Shown piece by piece: positions 47,031 through 59,649 of a stretch of 64,000 nucleotides of DNA. Numbering within the stretch: the first letter of the stretch is position 1; each line of letters starts with the position of its first letter. The position numbers were made by a program, and so were the translations under genes. The notes below the pieces were generated by a model, which was not told the DNA's origin, did no database searches, and saw only the letters and a program-made list of their open reading frames with translations. Source of the DNA: Squalus acanthias (Eukaryota); NCBI GenBank assembly GCA_030390025.1, contig CM059432.1, positions 49,292,001 to 49,356,000 on the forward strand, in the 5' to 3' direction.

Positions 47031-49125
47031 TCTTCCATGCATATGTACTCCATGTGGAAAAAAAAGAAAAAAAAAGATGATTGTGGTCAAACTGGATTGG
47101 TTTGCGATTATAATAAATGTATTGAGGAGGCTGAAGCTACTTTGGGTTCTTTGGGTGCATTCGTTGTGCACTGAGGCTGCAGTAGAAATCAGAGTCGGGG
47201 CCTGGAGAGATGTCATCAGAGACTTGCTGGAGAAGGTTTGGGTTGGAGACCACCTGGAGCAGCGCGTCAACCTGAGTTTAATAAGTGTTTGGAGTGTCTC
47301 TTGGAGCTCCTGGACACTTTTTAATGCACTTTAAGTCCAGACAATCCTGCCCTAGTCGTCAAAACATTTAACTGCTGGGATTGGAGCTCTGTGCATGTTT
47401 ATAACCGTGCATGCACAAGTTTCTCTCCTGGGCTTCTGTCGCTGTAAACTGATGCTCATATAGATCAATTTGTCAACAGCAGTGCCGTTTCACCATTTAC
47501 ACTGTTGCGTGCAAATCACAGCAGTCTAGTTTGCAAATCATAACGTAAGCACCCTGGACTCTTTGCAAAGTGAATTCTAGCAGACTTGGAATAACTGATG
47601 GTCTGTAGAATCTGCTTGGCGAGGAACCAGGTGCAACTGGAATCTTCCCAAAGTCATCCACACCAGGAGGATGGGCCTTAATACCTCCTCCAGTGTCAAA
47701 AGACAGAGGCTTTCTAAGTTTTGCAGTTGTTAATTGTTAACAGCCCCACTAGTAAGTAAGTAAAATTATTGCCCAAGTTCTGGAAAGTCAATGGTATCGG
47801 TATCAAATTCCTTTTTCTCCAAATGTTATAGCCCAAAGGCGAATACCAAATTGGTGAAAACTGAAAAGAGATGTTCCAACAAATTGTGGTGTTCTCCAGT
47901 ACACTTAAATCACAAAGCCCTCCAGGATGAAAATAAACATAAAAGATTAAAAGAGTCCTACTCAGAAAATCAAGAAAGCGTCAAATTAGCCTGGCCATTA
48001 TAGCCACCAACAATCCCCCCTGAACACAACAGGACCTCCAAATCAAGAATAAAGGCAGTGAAATAAGCTGATCACCATTATCTAGGGCTACCCTAATGAT
48101 AAAAAGCCACGACTACAATAAGCACCATGGAGATGTATTTTCACGGGGGTTCTCCTGCTTGTTTGCCATAACTTCGATGGAAGAGCCACAAGGACACCGG
48201 AAAAATGGCGTAAGAGCCATTGACACCATTTTTTTCTGGGTTTCTACGGCACTTCCACTGAAGTTATGGAAGATGAACCTGCCCACTCAATGGGTCATCA
48301 GGAATGGATAAATCCATCGGTTCAAAGACTTTATGAGCTAAATGGCCTTTTCTTGTTTCATGCTTCTTTATCTCTTCAGAACTAGTAGCCATTTAATTCA
48401 CATTGAACTACTTCACTACTGGAATATTACTGCATAGCAAAAAATGAAAAGGCAATAAAAATCGTTTGACCCAGGGTCTAAACTTAGTGCCGGTAAGAAG
48501 CATGGAATGGGCTCCTCATGAGGTAAAATTCTCATTTCTTTTTCTATTCTCCCAATTCTATCGTGAACAACAGTGTATCTGTGTACCATCCACTACTAGG
48601 ATTACAGAGTGGTCTCTTTTCAGACAGGGGTATAGTCCTTTTTTGCAATTTTTCATTCTTCATTTGAATTTGGTGCCTCATGTTCAGGTCTGGTTTCACA
48701 GATATCAACAGCCCTTCAGCACCTCACCCAAATAGTCATTCTTCCAGCAAATGTTGGCATGTTATTTAGCAGTGACTGAAGGAAGTTGGGCGGGGGGGGG
48801 GGGGCGGTGGTAGGAGTTATTTTCGTTCTCCTCCCTAGCTTAGGGACATTAAGACCAACTGTTGTGCTCCCACCACAGTATCAGCTGTCTCAACGTAGAG
48901 CAGAGGTTGAACCTGGGACCCTTCTGCTTTGTATGGCTCAATACCACTGCATTGGACATTTACCCACTGAGCTTTAGGAAGAGTATACATGGATTCCTTT
49001 CATAATTTAGCACCACATGTTAATTGTCCGAGCTGACTAAATATAATGATATATCCACGCATAGAATAGTAAAATGTAAAAAAGCCGAATACTTGAATGT
49101 TCAGATATACTTTTTTTTAAATGAG

Positions 49126-50733
49126 GGTACCTTTCGACAGCAGGCTGCCTGTTTCTCACCTGAAACACGGGTGACTGGCAGTTGAACATCTAGGACCTTG
49201 CCCCCACTGAATCAACTTTCAGGCAGGCCTTTAAATAGGCATTCTTGCCAAAAACAGGCGGGAGGCTAGAGGCCATGGGCACACCGCCAATATCGCAACT
49301 ATTTGGCACACAACCCGAAAGTCTCCCTCAGTGATACCAGCAATAAAAACAATTATCAAGTCACTTAATGATGTCCTTTGTTTACAAGGACTGCCACATC
49401 ATGCTAAAATGATGTTGCTGGTTGTCTATTTTGGGAAAGGGGAACTTGGAATTATTGCAATTATTGTGAACACATTGATTTGATATGGAATATTCAATCT
49501 CTCTCCTTCTAATAGCAGATTGTTTTCCTTCAATTTGGATCTATCTTGGCCTCACTGCAGGTATCACAATTATTTCTTTCATTGATATACTCAGGGGCAT
49601 TAGCCTACAATCTGCATTACACTTGGAAAGCATTCTAATTCAAAACAATTACTGAGCTCGGATCGGAGAGCTGCACAACAGGCTTCCTAATGGGAATCTC
49701 ACTTTACATAATCCATATGCTGGAGGAAGAGGAAAAAGGGGAGCAGCTGGAGCTGGAAGGAAAGTCAGATTAATCAGGCAGCACCAGAAAAAGGCCAGAG
49801 CATTCCGGCTCCAGCAGCATCTATAGACCCAGGTGCACTTTCCGAGATCTTTCCTAGCAGCTCTGAATCAGGAGGTTGCATCCAGTCAGGAAGCTATGGA
49901 GGATCTCGGTTTGTTGCTGCTCCCAGATCTGCAACCAATTTCCACAGTCCAGTCCAGTGTCACAGCTTTATTTCAACAGCAGGGGCAAGGGTCAGGATGG
50001 CTGCTGGGTGACAAGGGATATCCACTACTTCTGTAGCGCATGACACGTCTTTGGAAATCCAAAAGGCGTGTTTTGCAGTATTCGCCCAGCACTGCCTCAA
50101 GAATTGTGCTAGCTTGTTGTGTGCATCAGAACTTTGCAATCAGGAAAGGACTGATGGTAGATGTTCCAGAGGTTGCCAGAGAGCCTGATCATGACACTAC
50201 TGATGTTGAAGAGCCAGCTCATGAACAGGAAGCTGTGGCAATGGTTGCTAGACAGCCAGAGAGAGAGAGCAAGAGAGAGACTAATTCGGCACACCTTCAC
50301 AGCAGTCAGAAAGATTCACAAATTATTAGGATGAGCCTACTGAACTTTTTATGCAGTGAATATATCTTAATTAGGTAACATAACTTAAGTGTTTTTTTTC
50401 ATGCTATTTAGACATGTGCCATAGTGCAAACACAAACTGCTTAAAAATAATGTTATGTGCACCAGATTACAATCTGGAGGATTCTGGGGAAAGCTTATTT
50501 TTATTTTACTTTTTTATGTGCTGAACTCTGACATATTGAAGAGCTTCAAAAGAACAAAGCATTGATATTGACATAATAAAGGCAGAGCAGGCAGGCAAAC
50601 AGACAATTATTTTGGATCCTATAGGCTGGATATTATTTCGAGTATCTGAGCAATGCTATTTTATTGCAAACTGCACCAGCAAAATGCGCTGAAATGCGGC
50701 AATGTTATTTTCGGGTCAGTTTAAATTCGGACT
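49126..50733 (+). mobile_element. Old internally deleted Harbinger transposon relic; ends approximate
   Basis: GWLLGDKGYPL and LQYSP....IVLACCV..NFA HARBI1-type transposase motifs at 49990-50150. Confidence 0.65.
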
Positions 50734-51077
50734 GTACTGATGATGCTCTTTTCCAATAGTTTTTATGAATAGACTGAAGGACTTGTATGAGGAAAGAAAT
50801 CTGGGAAAGAGAAAGTTGCTCACCACGAAAATAAAAACAGAAGCAAAAAGAACTCCCCAGAGAATGGAATCGAAATGTCAACCTGTAGATGTGTCTTACT
50901 AAATAGATGAAGACACTGGAAGAGAGAAAAGGATTCTGGAAGCAAAACGGAGATAAATCAAGGGAAATCCAAAGTTGATCCTGAGGCTGAGTTTGTCGTT
51001 AAAGTGGCTGCACAGTCGCCAAGTCCTTTGTTATTTTCATGAGCCAAGAGAACACTTTTGTTGTTGAATAATGTGGG

Positions 51078-53452
51078 AGAAAAGGCCTAGGACAGAGCGG
51101 ACCTGAGCGGCAGCAGGAGGAGGAGCGGTGGCATGAATAAAGGTCGAGGAAAGGCCTAGGACAGAGCGGACCTGAGCGGCAAATTCAAAAATATCGAAAA
51201 TCAAGAAGGAGTGACATCACAGGAGAGCAGGTAAGTGATTGGTTGGCGAGTATTACAGATTTTTTATGCACTCTAAGCTAGGGAAGTGGGTTAAACTAAG
51301 AGCTGCGAAACTATAACTTGCTATTACTTTATTAAATTAATAACTTAAACTAGATTAACTAATTAATTAATAAAACTAAAATAATCGATTGAATAAAAAC
51401 TGTAACTAATTAAATAAATAAAACAAGGTTAGACAGACATGGCAGGCCAGGTGGTGTGCCGTAACTGCAGCATGTGGGAGTTTGTGGAGACCAGCGAGAA
51501 CCCGAGCAACCACATCTGCAGTAAATGTCTGCAACTCAAGCAACTTCGGCTCAGAGTTGTTGAGCTGGAGTCCGAGCTGCAGACATTGTGATGCATCAGG
51601 GATTGGGAGAGTTATCTGGACATTTTGTTCCAGGAGACAGTCACACCCCTTAGGTTAAGTAGTGCTTTAGAGTTAGTCACTGGTCAGGGACAGGAGGGTG
51701 TGACTACGAGTCAAGCTAGTATGGGGACCCAAGATGTAGTGATGGAGGAGCCTCAGCCTTGTCCAACAAGTATGTGGTTCTTGCTACCTGTATGGATGAA
51801 AAAAAGGACTGCAGGGAGGAAAACTGACCATGGCACCGTGGTACAGGGAGCCATCCAAGTGGGGGGAGAAAAAGGAATGTGGTAATGATAGGGGACAGTA
51901 TAGTCAGGGGCTAGCTACTGTTCTCTGCAGCTGTGAAATTGAGTCCCAAAGGCTGTGTTGCTTGCCCAAGGCCAGGGTTAAGGATATCTTGTCATGGCTG
52001 GCAAAGAACTTGGAGCATGATGGGGAGGATCCAGTTGTCATGGAAAGACATTACAGAGACGTGGTTGCAAGGTGACCAAGGTTGGGAACTAAATATTCCA
52101 GGGTACTTGACATCTCGAAGAGACAGTTGTCGGGAAACTACTGGAATCCATTATTAAGGAAGAGGTAACAGAGCACTTAGAAAATCATAATATGATTAGG
52201 CAGAGTCAACATAGTTTTATGAAAGGAAAACTGTGTTTGAAAAATGTATTAGAGTTTACTGAGGATGTAACTAGCAGAACCAGTGGATGTAGAATATTTA
52301 GATTTCCAAAAGGCATTCGATAAGGTGCCACATAAAAGGTTATTACGCAAGATAAGGGCTCATGGGGTTGGGGTAATCTATTAGTTAACAGACAGAAAAC
52401 AGAGTAGGGATAAACGGGTAATTTTCCGGTTGGCAGGCTGTAACTCGTGGGGTGCCGCAAGGATCAGTGCTTGGGCCTCAGCTATTTACAATTTATATTA
52501 ATGACTTAGATGAAGGGACCGAGTGTAATGTATCCATGTTTGCTGACGATAAAAGCTAGGTGGGAAAGTAAGCTGTGGAGGACACAGTCTGCAAAGGGAT
52601 ATAGACAGGTTAAGTAAGTAGGCAATAAAGTGGCAGATGGAGTATAATGCGGGGAAATGTGAGGTTATTCACTTTGGTAGAAAGAATAGAAAAACAGAAT
52701 ATTTTTTAAATGGTGAGAAACTTTTAAATGTTGCTGTTCAGAGATTTAGGTGTCCTCATACAAGAAACACAGAAAGTTAGCATGCAGATACAGCAAGCAA
52801 TTAGGAAGGCAAATGGCATGTTGGCCTTTATTGCAAGAGGTTGGTGTATAAGAGCAAGGAAGTCTTGGACAATTGTACAGGGCTTTGGTGAGACCACACC
52901 TGGAGTACTGTGCACAGTTTTGGTCTCCTTATCTAAGGAAGGATATACTTGCCTTGGAGGCGGTGCAACGAAGGTTCGCTAGATTGATTGCTGGAATGAG
53001 AGGGTTGTCCAATGACGAGAGATTGAGTAGAATGGGCCTATACTCTCTGGAGTTTAGAATAATGTGAGGTGATCTCATTGAAACATATACAATTCTGAGT
53101 GACTTTGACAGTGCAGATATTGAGAGGTGGTTTCCCCTGGATGGTCAGACTAGAACGAGGGGGCATAGTCTCAGGATAAGGGGTCGACCATTTAAGACAG
53201 AGATGAGGAGGAATTTCTTCACTGAGAGGTTGTGAATTGGAATTCTCTACATAATAGGCCTGTGGATGCTTAGTCGTAGAGTATATTCAAGATCGAGATC
53301 GATAGATTTTTGGACTTGAGGGGAATCAAGGGATATGGGGATTGGACGGGAAAGTGGAGTTTAGGTCGAAGATCAGCCATGATCTTATTGAATGGCAAAG
53401 CAGGCTCGAGGGGCTGTGTGGCCTATTCCTGCTCCAATTTCTTATGTTCTTA
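51078..53452 (+). mobile_element. CR1 LINE retaining its 5' UTR and ORF1, with large internal deletions
   Basis: 34-bp direct repeat in the 5' UTR; ORF1 MAGQVVCRNCSMWE..HICSKC, coiled coil and IGDSIVRG esterase motif; endonuclease piece ITETWL; RT motifs; 3' tail. Confidence 0.85.
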
Positions 53453-53784
53453 ATTATGTCTCAGCGGGAGGATTTCCTCCTGTCAAACATTTTGTTGAAA
53501 AAGTCAGCATGAGTACAAAATGGGAAGTCCCATTTATAAGGGTGAAAAAGAAAAAAACATCTTAAGCAGGGAATGAAAGCAAACTGAATGGTGATGGTGT
53601 ATTCAATTACACTTTCACAATCCGTAGAATGAAGTCAAACTAAGCAACCCATGTCCACCTAATGAGGGAGTAGACCACGTTAAAGTGGATGTCATTCATG
53701 GGGGGGGGCGGTGCGGGGTGGGGGGGGTTGTAGTAAATATCCGCAGAGGTTTCCCTGCTCATCCATTGTAACTTTGGAAGAATA

Positions 53785-55008
53785 TTAGTGGCAAGTAACA
53801 TTCGTGCCACACAAGCGCCAGGCAATGACTATCTCCAACAAGCGTGAGTCTAACCACCTCCCCTTGACATTCAATGGCATTACCATTGCCGATTCCCCAA
53901 CGTCAACATCCTGGGGGGTCACCATTGACCAGAAACTTAACTGGACCAGCCACATTAACACTGTGGCAACAAGAGGCTGGGTATTCTGCAGCGAGTGTCT
54001 CAACTCCTGACTCCCCAAAGCCTTTCCACCATCTACAAGGCACAAGTAAGCTGTGTGATGGAATACTCTCCACTTGCCTGGATGAGTGCAGCTCCAACAA
54101 CACTCAAGAAGCTCGACACCATCCAGGACAAAGCAGCCCGCTTGATTGGCACCCCATCTACCACCTTAAACATTCACTCCCTCCACCACCAGCGTATCGT
54201 GGCTGCAGTGTGTACCATCTACAAGATGCACTGCAGCAACTCACCAAGGCTTCTTCAGCAGCACCTCCCAAACCCGCGACCTCTACCACCTAGAAAGACA
54301 AAGGCAGCAGGCGCATGGGAACACCACCACCTCCAAGTTCCCCTCCAAGTCACATACCATCCTGACTTGGAAGTATATCGCCGTTCCTTCATCGTCATTG
54401 GGTCAAAATCCTGGAACTCCCTCCCTAACAGCACTGTGGGAGTACCTTCACCACACGGACTGCAGCGGTTCAAGAAGGTGGCTCACCACCACCTTCTCAA
54501 GGACAATAAGGGATGGGCAATAAATGCTGGCCTTACCAGCGACGCCCAAATCCCATGAACGAATAAAAAAAAAGCTCGACACCATCCAGGACAAAGCAGC
54601 TCGCTTGATTGGCACCCCTTCCACCACCTTAAACATTCACTCCCTCCACCACCGGCATACTGTGGCTGCAGCGTGTACCATCTACAAGATGCACTGCAGC
54701 AACTCGCCAAGGCTTCTTCGGCAGTACCTCTCAAACCCGTGACCTCTACCACCTAGAAGGACAAGGGCAGCAGGCGCATGGAAACACCATCACCTGCAAG
54801 TTCCCCTCCAAGTTACACACCATCGTGACTTGAAAATATATCGCTGTTCCTTCATCGTCATTGGGTCAAAATCCTGGAACTCCCTCCCTAACAGCACTGT
54901 GGGAGTACCTTCACCACAAGGACTGCAGCTGTTCAAGAAGGCGGCTCACCACCACCTTCTCAAGGGCTTATTGGGATGCCCACAGCCCGGAACGAATAAT
55001 TTTTTTTA
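53785..55008 (+). mobile_element. LINE (CR1 group) 3' region, with its last ~440 bp repeated in tandem
   Basis: IYKAQV..MEYSPLAW..LD.IQ.KA..WNSLP; first copy ends in an A tail at ~54572; second copy 54570-55008 repeats 54108-54560. Confidence 0.85.
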
Positions 55009-55399
55009 AAGTAGCTCGATACTCCTACAGGATCAGTTAAGTGTAGAATTATACATTTTCTGCTGTAAGTTTGGGACAGTCTGGGCTTTATTTGTGCCAA
55101 ATTCTCTTCACCCTTCCACTTCAAGTCATTCCAGTGGCTTTATAGCTCCTTTTGTCTTTCTTCACTTTACATCATAGACTCCTCTATCAGTCATTTCTTC
55201 CAAAGCTTTGCACTAGGTAGCTTCTGTACACTGGGTACCCAAGTCAAATAGCTTGGTTTTATTTCAACCAAAGAAACGTCAAATCTTCTTCACTAAAATC
55301 GCCCTTCCTCATGCTTGACACTGAAAGTGGGGCTGTTATCCTCAGCCTTTTTTTTAAGTGACATATTCTGTAGGTCACAGGCTAGATGCCACTTCTTAA

Positions 55400-56025
55400 T
55401 ATAGAATATAAAAGCCAAGAGGTAGTGATAAGCCCATATAAATCCTCAACAAGACTTCAGTTAGAGTCCTGTGTGCAGTAATAGGCTCTGCACTTTAAGA
55501 AGGATATTGAGAGTTTAGAGGATACAACACAGATTCACTAGGCTGGTGTCTGATTTGAGGAAATACATATACAAAGAAAGACATGAAAAATTGGGGATTT
55601 TTTCATTAAAACACAGGTGGAACAGTTTGATCGAAGTGTTTACAATTATGAAAGGATGGGACAGGGTGGAATGAAGCAGACTGTTTCCAGTAATTAAGGG
55701 GTCCAGAACACGGGGCCATAGATACAAAACTAAATGCAAGAGATTTACAACAGAGAGCAAGATAAACTTCATTACACAGAGAATTGAGGCTGTGGAATTC
55801 ACTACCAGGGCTACTGGTTGAGGCAGAAACTATGACAACATTTACGATTAGATTTGGTAGGTGGATGAAGGAAAAGGGGATGAAGAGATATGAGAATAGG
55901 GTGGGTAAACATGATTACAACTATTTGCTCGTGTGGAGGTTAAACGCCAACACAGGCTGGTTCAGCTGATTAGCCTGCTTCCGTGTTGTAACTTATATGT
56001 ATTTCTATATTTCTATGTATTTCCT
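55400..56025 (+). mobile_element. Older CR1 3' fragment
   Basis: Decayed ORF2 end (RLWNSLP) and (TTTCTAT)n tail. Confidence 0.75.
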
Positions 56026-57423
56026 TGTAATGCCATGAGGCTGCTTTGAATAAGTTATATGTAACTTGCAACTAATTTAAATCTTGCACATGATTTACAA
56101 AAATACCTTGACCCAAAGTACACCAAGTCAAGGGAACAGAATTCCAAAGACAAACAAAATTGTAAAATTTGTTGATACATGAATTTGCAGTGAATAAAAA
56201 TACATCTACACAAACAAAAGAAATAAAATGAAGTCTCTGTTTTTATTGTCAATTGTCAATTAAACACAGTGAATGGTCCCACCCATTGTTCTAAAAAGGG
56301 CAGTCCTCACATTAGTTTAAGAGTTTTCCCATCATAATTATTCTTCCTATATGATCATAGTCAACTTTTAACCCGAGATCTGTTTGCATTGAATGGAAAA
56401 TGTTTTAAATTAAATTGATTTGAAGGTTTAATATTAGCTACTGCTCAGGGAATTGTGCGAATGTATATGCCTACATAACCTTCATTGCAAACAAATCAAA
56501 CTAGTTTCAATATGCAAAAACATATAAATGAACGACCTATTACTCACAAGAACTTTAAAAATAGGTTAAGCAAGGAAGGTTCTAGCTTTGTTCTTGTGTT
56601 GAGTTAGCTGATCTTTGCCAGCGTAGCAATTCAAATGCTGTAATTGGCCTTGACACCCTCTGCTAAGATGGTCTTCACCTGATAACCATATTGCACACTT
56701 CCAGGGTGACTGGATATCTATCAGCAGCAGGAGTCCTAACCACCTTTTCCCTTTCATAACCCAGGACACTGAAGCCAATTTTAGCAGCCCTATTGCCACT
56801 CCACCCAAGATCAGGTAACTCTATCAAGACCAGGCATCTTCCTGCTCTGTAGTTGCTTCACATAGTGCACAGTATCAACCCTCTCATTTAAAAATATATA
56901 AAAGTTATCTTCTCTGTTAGCTTTCCTTATTGCTGATATACATGTCTAACTATTTTTTTTTAAATTTCTACGAAAGGGCACGATCAAACCCCTTTTACAC
57001 AAGGTATATACTACAACACAAAACAGGCAGAGACAAAGCCCATTATGACAACTTTGTACAGAGGTTTCTTGCTCTTGAATTTGGGCAGTTTCATCAAACT
57101 TGTATTAGGCATGGTTCAATGACACAAAAATGCTGGTGAAGTAGCTGGTACTCCTTTGAGTTTGTGGTTCAGGCAGAGTAAAAAGAGTTCTGCTTTGCAC
57201 CTAATCCATGCCATAATTAACCCGAGAATTCTTGATGCCAAAACTGGGTGCCTATCACCCACCCATGATCTGCATGAGCGCAAGACAGCTTTGGATGAAG
57301 TAGGTTCTCTGTCCACTTGATTTTATCTTTGCAGAATACCAAGCCTACCATCTTCCCATTAAGATATCTATCTGTTTAACAAGAGAAAGAATAGGTTGCA
57401 AAGCTCCAGTAAATTTTTGAACT

Positions 57424-57552
57424 CTGGGCGGGCTTAACAAGGTCAATCAAGGGAAAATAGCGTGGGTTGGCCAGAAGTTGATGGAGGCGGGACTGAAACC
57501 CGACAATTGGGAGTCCCGCCTCCAAAAGCTCCCCATTGGCAAAATCCAGCCC
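57424..57552 (-). repeat. Terminal fragment of the 6320-7163 MITE family
   Basis: Reverse complement aligns to 6320-6448. Confidence 0.75.
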
Positions 57553-59649
57553 CAAGTTGCTGCACATAATTTGCAAAAGAAGTTACACTGAAATTGTTCT
57601 GTTGCATAAATGCTTGTACAGAACACATCCAAAACACTCAGCTTACATGGCCACAGACACTATCTTGTAATAGAATTTATTAGGTAACTATTTTGATGAA
57701 AAGACAGGAACTGCATTATTTAACATGATTTGCAATTAAGCAAACATTAATATCTACATGTAAACTCAAACTCGGATTCAGTCTGAAGCTTGATAGCTGA
57801 TCTAAGTGTTATCACACTAATTATTGCATTCTTATCCTTTTATCTTGCTGTCTCTAGTTGTTCTTTTTATCATGCAGTCTGCAAAGACATGATGATTTGC
57901 CTAACCAACCTGATATATTACAGCTGGCACTGTAGGCTATATAACAGCAGTTAGTAAATGTACTATTTAATAGACGGTATTAAGTGATCAACAATCTGAA
58001 GTTTCATTCGCAATGCTTCAGTTATTAACAGCAACATTTATAAGTATGTACGGCATGTCCTGGATTTTATTCTTTACTAAATTATATCTTACATAGGAGA
58101 CAAATAAAGAAACCAGTCTACATGTTTTTAATTTGAGAGCACTTCTTACTCCAGCTATAAAATACTACCCAGTGGCTCTGTATGATAAAAAGGAGGCTGT
58201 GTAGAAATGTAATACAGCCTGAAAATTGTCTGTGAGTCATTCACCTGGGATGGATGATGGTCTATTTCCACTTTCCTGCAGGTATCTGTGCTACATATGT
58301 ATTAAAACCTCATAATTTATGTAAACTAAAGCAACTGCCTGGATAACTGCATTCTGATGGCCCAGAAACATCTAAATTTGACACATTTTATTTCAGTTTA
58401 TCGTTATACCTCAGACACATACATTCATTGCTCCTTAAGATAGTGCTGCCAGAAGGCGGCAAATAACGCTTGTAAACTTGAAAAGGTTACTATTCAACCA
58501 CCCTTGAACAAAATTATATTTCAGAATGCAACAGTGATTTCATCGTTTCAGCCAACCTCTGAATGGTGAATGCACAATCTGCATTCAGGAATTTTAATCC
58601 AAAGTCTACCTGGCCATAATTAAGGACCTTTCGTCATGAAATGGAAAATAATTGGAGTTAAAAAGTTGTGAAATATTTGGAGTTCATGTCATAAAATGAA
58701 AAAAATGAAGTTAGAATCGTTAATTGGCATCATCTGAACCCTCTGGGCTTTGTCCTCCTTTCTAGGTAGCTATTATTTAATAGTTCACAAGATAGATTTG
58801 GATAAAGAAAGTCTTTTGTCTATTTGATCCCATCCTTCCAGAATACCAATCCCGTCATCTTCCCATTACTGTAGTATCTACAAATTAAATTACGTTTTTG
58901 TGAAAACGTAAAAAGTAGTACGTAGTTTAAATTCACAGAACACCTGAGTGGGAAAACAGAAGTGCTGCTTCCCTTCCCCCAAGTCTCCCCAAGCAACACA
59001 ACATACCTCAATTGAGGACGGGAGCAGATGGCCTGTTTCTAGGGCAGTTTACAACTGTACATGAGCAGGCACTAAGGAGTGGCCAATGTGATCTATCCTC
59101 TAATATGCTTCCATTCATTAAATGAAAAGTCAGCCTTCACTCTCTGACAGAATGACTGCAATTGAAGCTGACCACATGGAAAAACCTGGGCACAAACCTC
59201 TGTTCTACCTATTTGGGTTACTGCATGTTGGAACTTCACTTTTTCTTGGGAGTTTGGTGTGCATGTGACAGCAGTGAAAGGTTATCAACAAATTTATACG
59301 CTAAAAAAACAAAAGAAGTGATCTTTCACAGGGCCTGGCAAAATATTACAGGCTAAAAATTGGATTACTCCCGAAAACAGGCTCTCAGATCATGCCCCGC
59401 GCCCGTTGAAAGGAATGCAGGCAGCACATGATCTTCATGCTGCCTGCTAATTATAATGATTGTAGCATTCAGTCCAGCACTAAACACACTGCTGAGTGGC
59501 TGAACGCTCAGCAGGGGGCCCAAGTTCGTGCCAGGCCACCACCAAATTGACAGTTAGCCTCTACTTCTTAAAGGCAGTCTGCACCTCTTAAAGGGGAGGA
59601 GCATTCTGCCTGCAGCAGCTCATGCAACTAGCTGGGGGAGACGGTGCAA

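Noticed and set aside
45290..58290. Three CTGCAG|GTATC sites (~45304, ~49555, ~58276) as recursive splice sites
   Set aside because: The donor half is weak (GTATC rather than GTAAG) and no plus-strand host gene is established.
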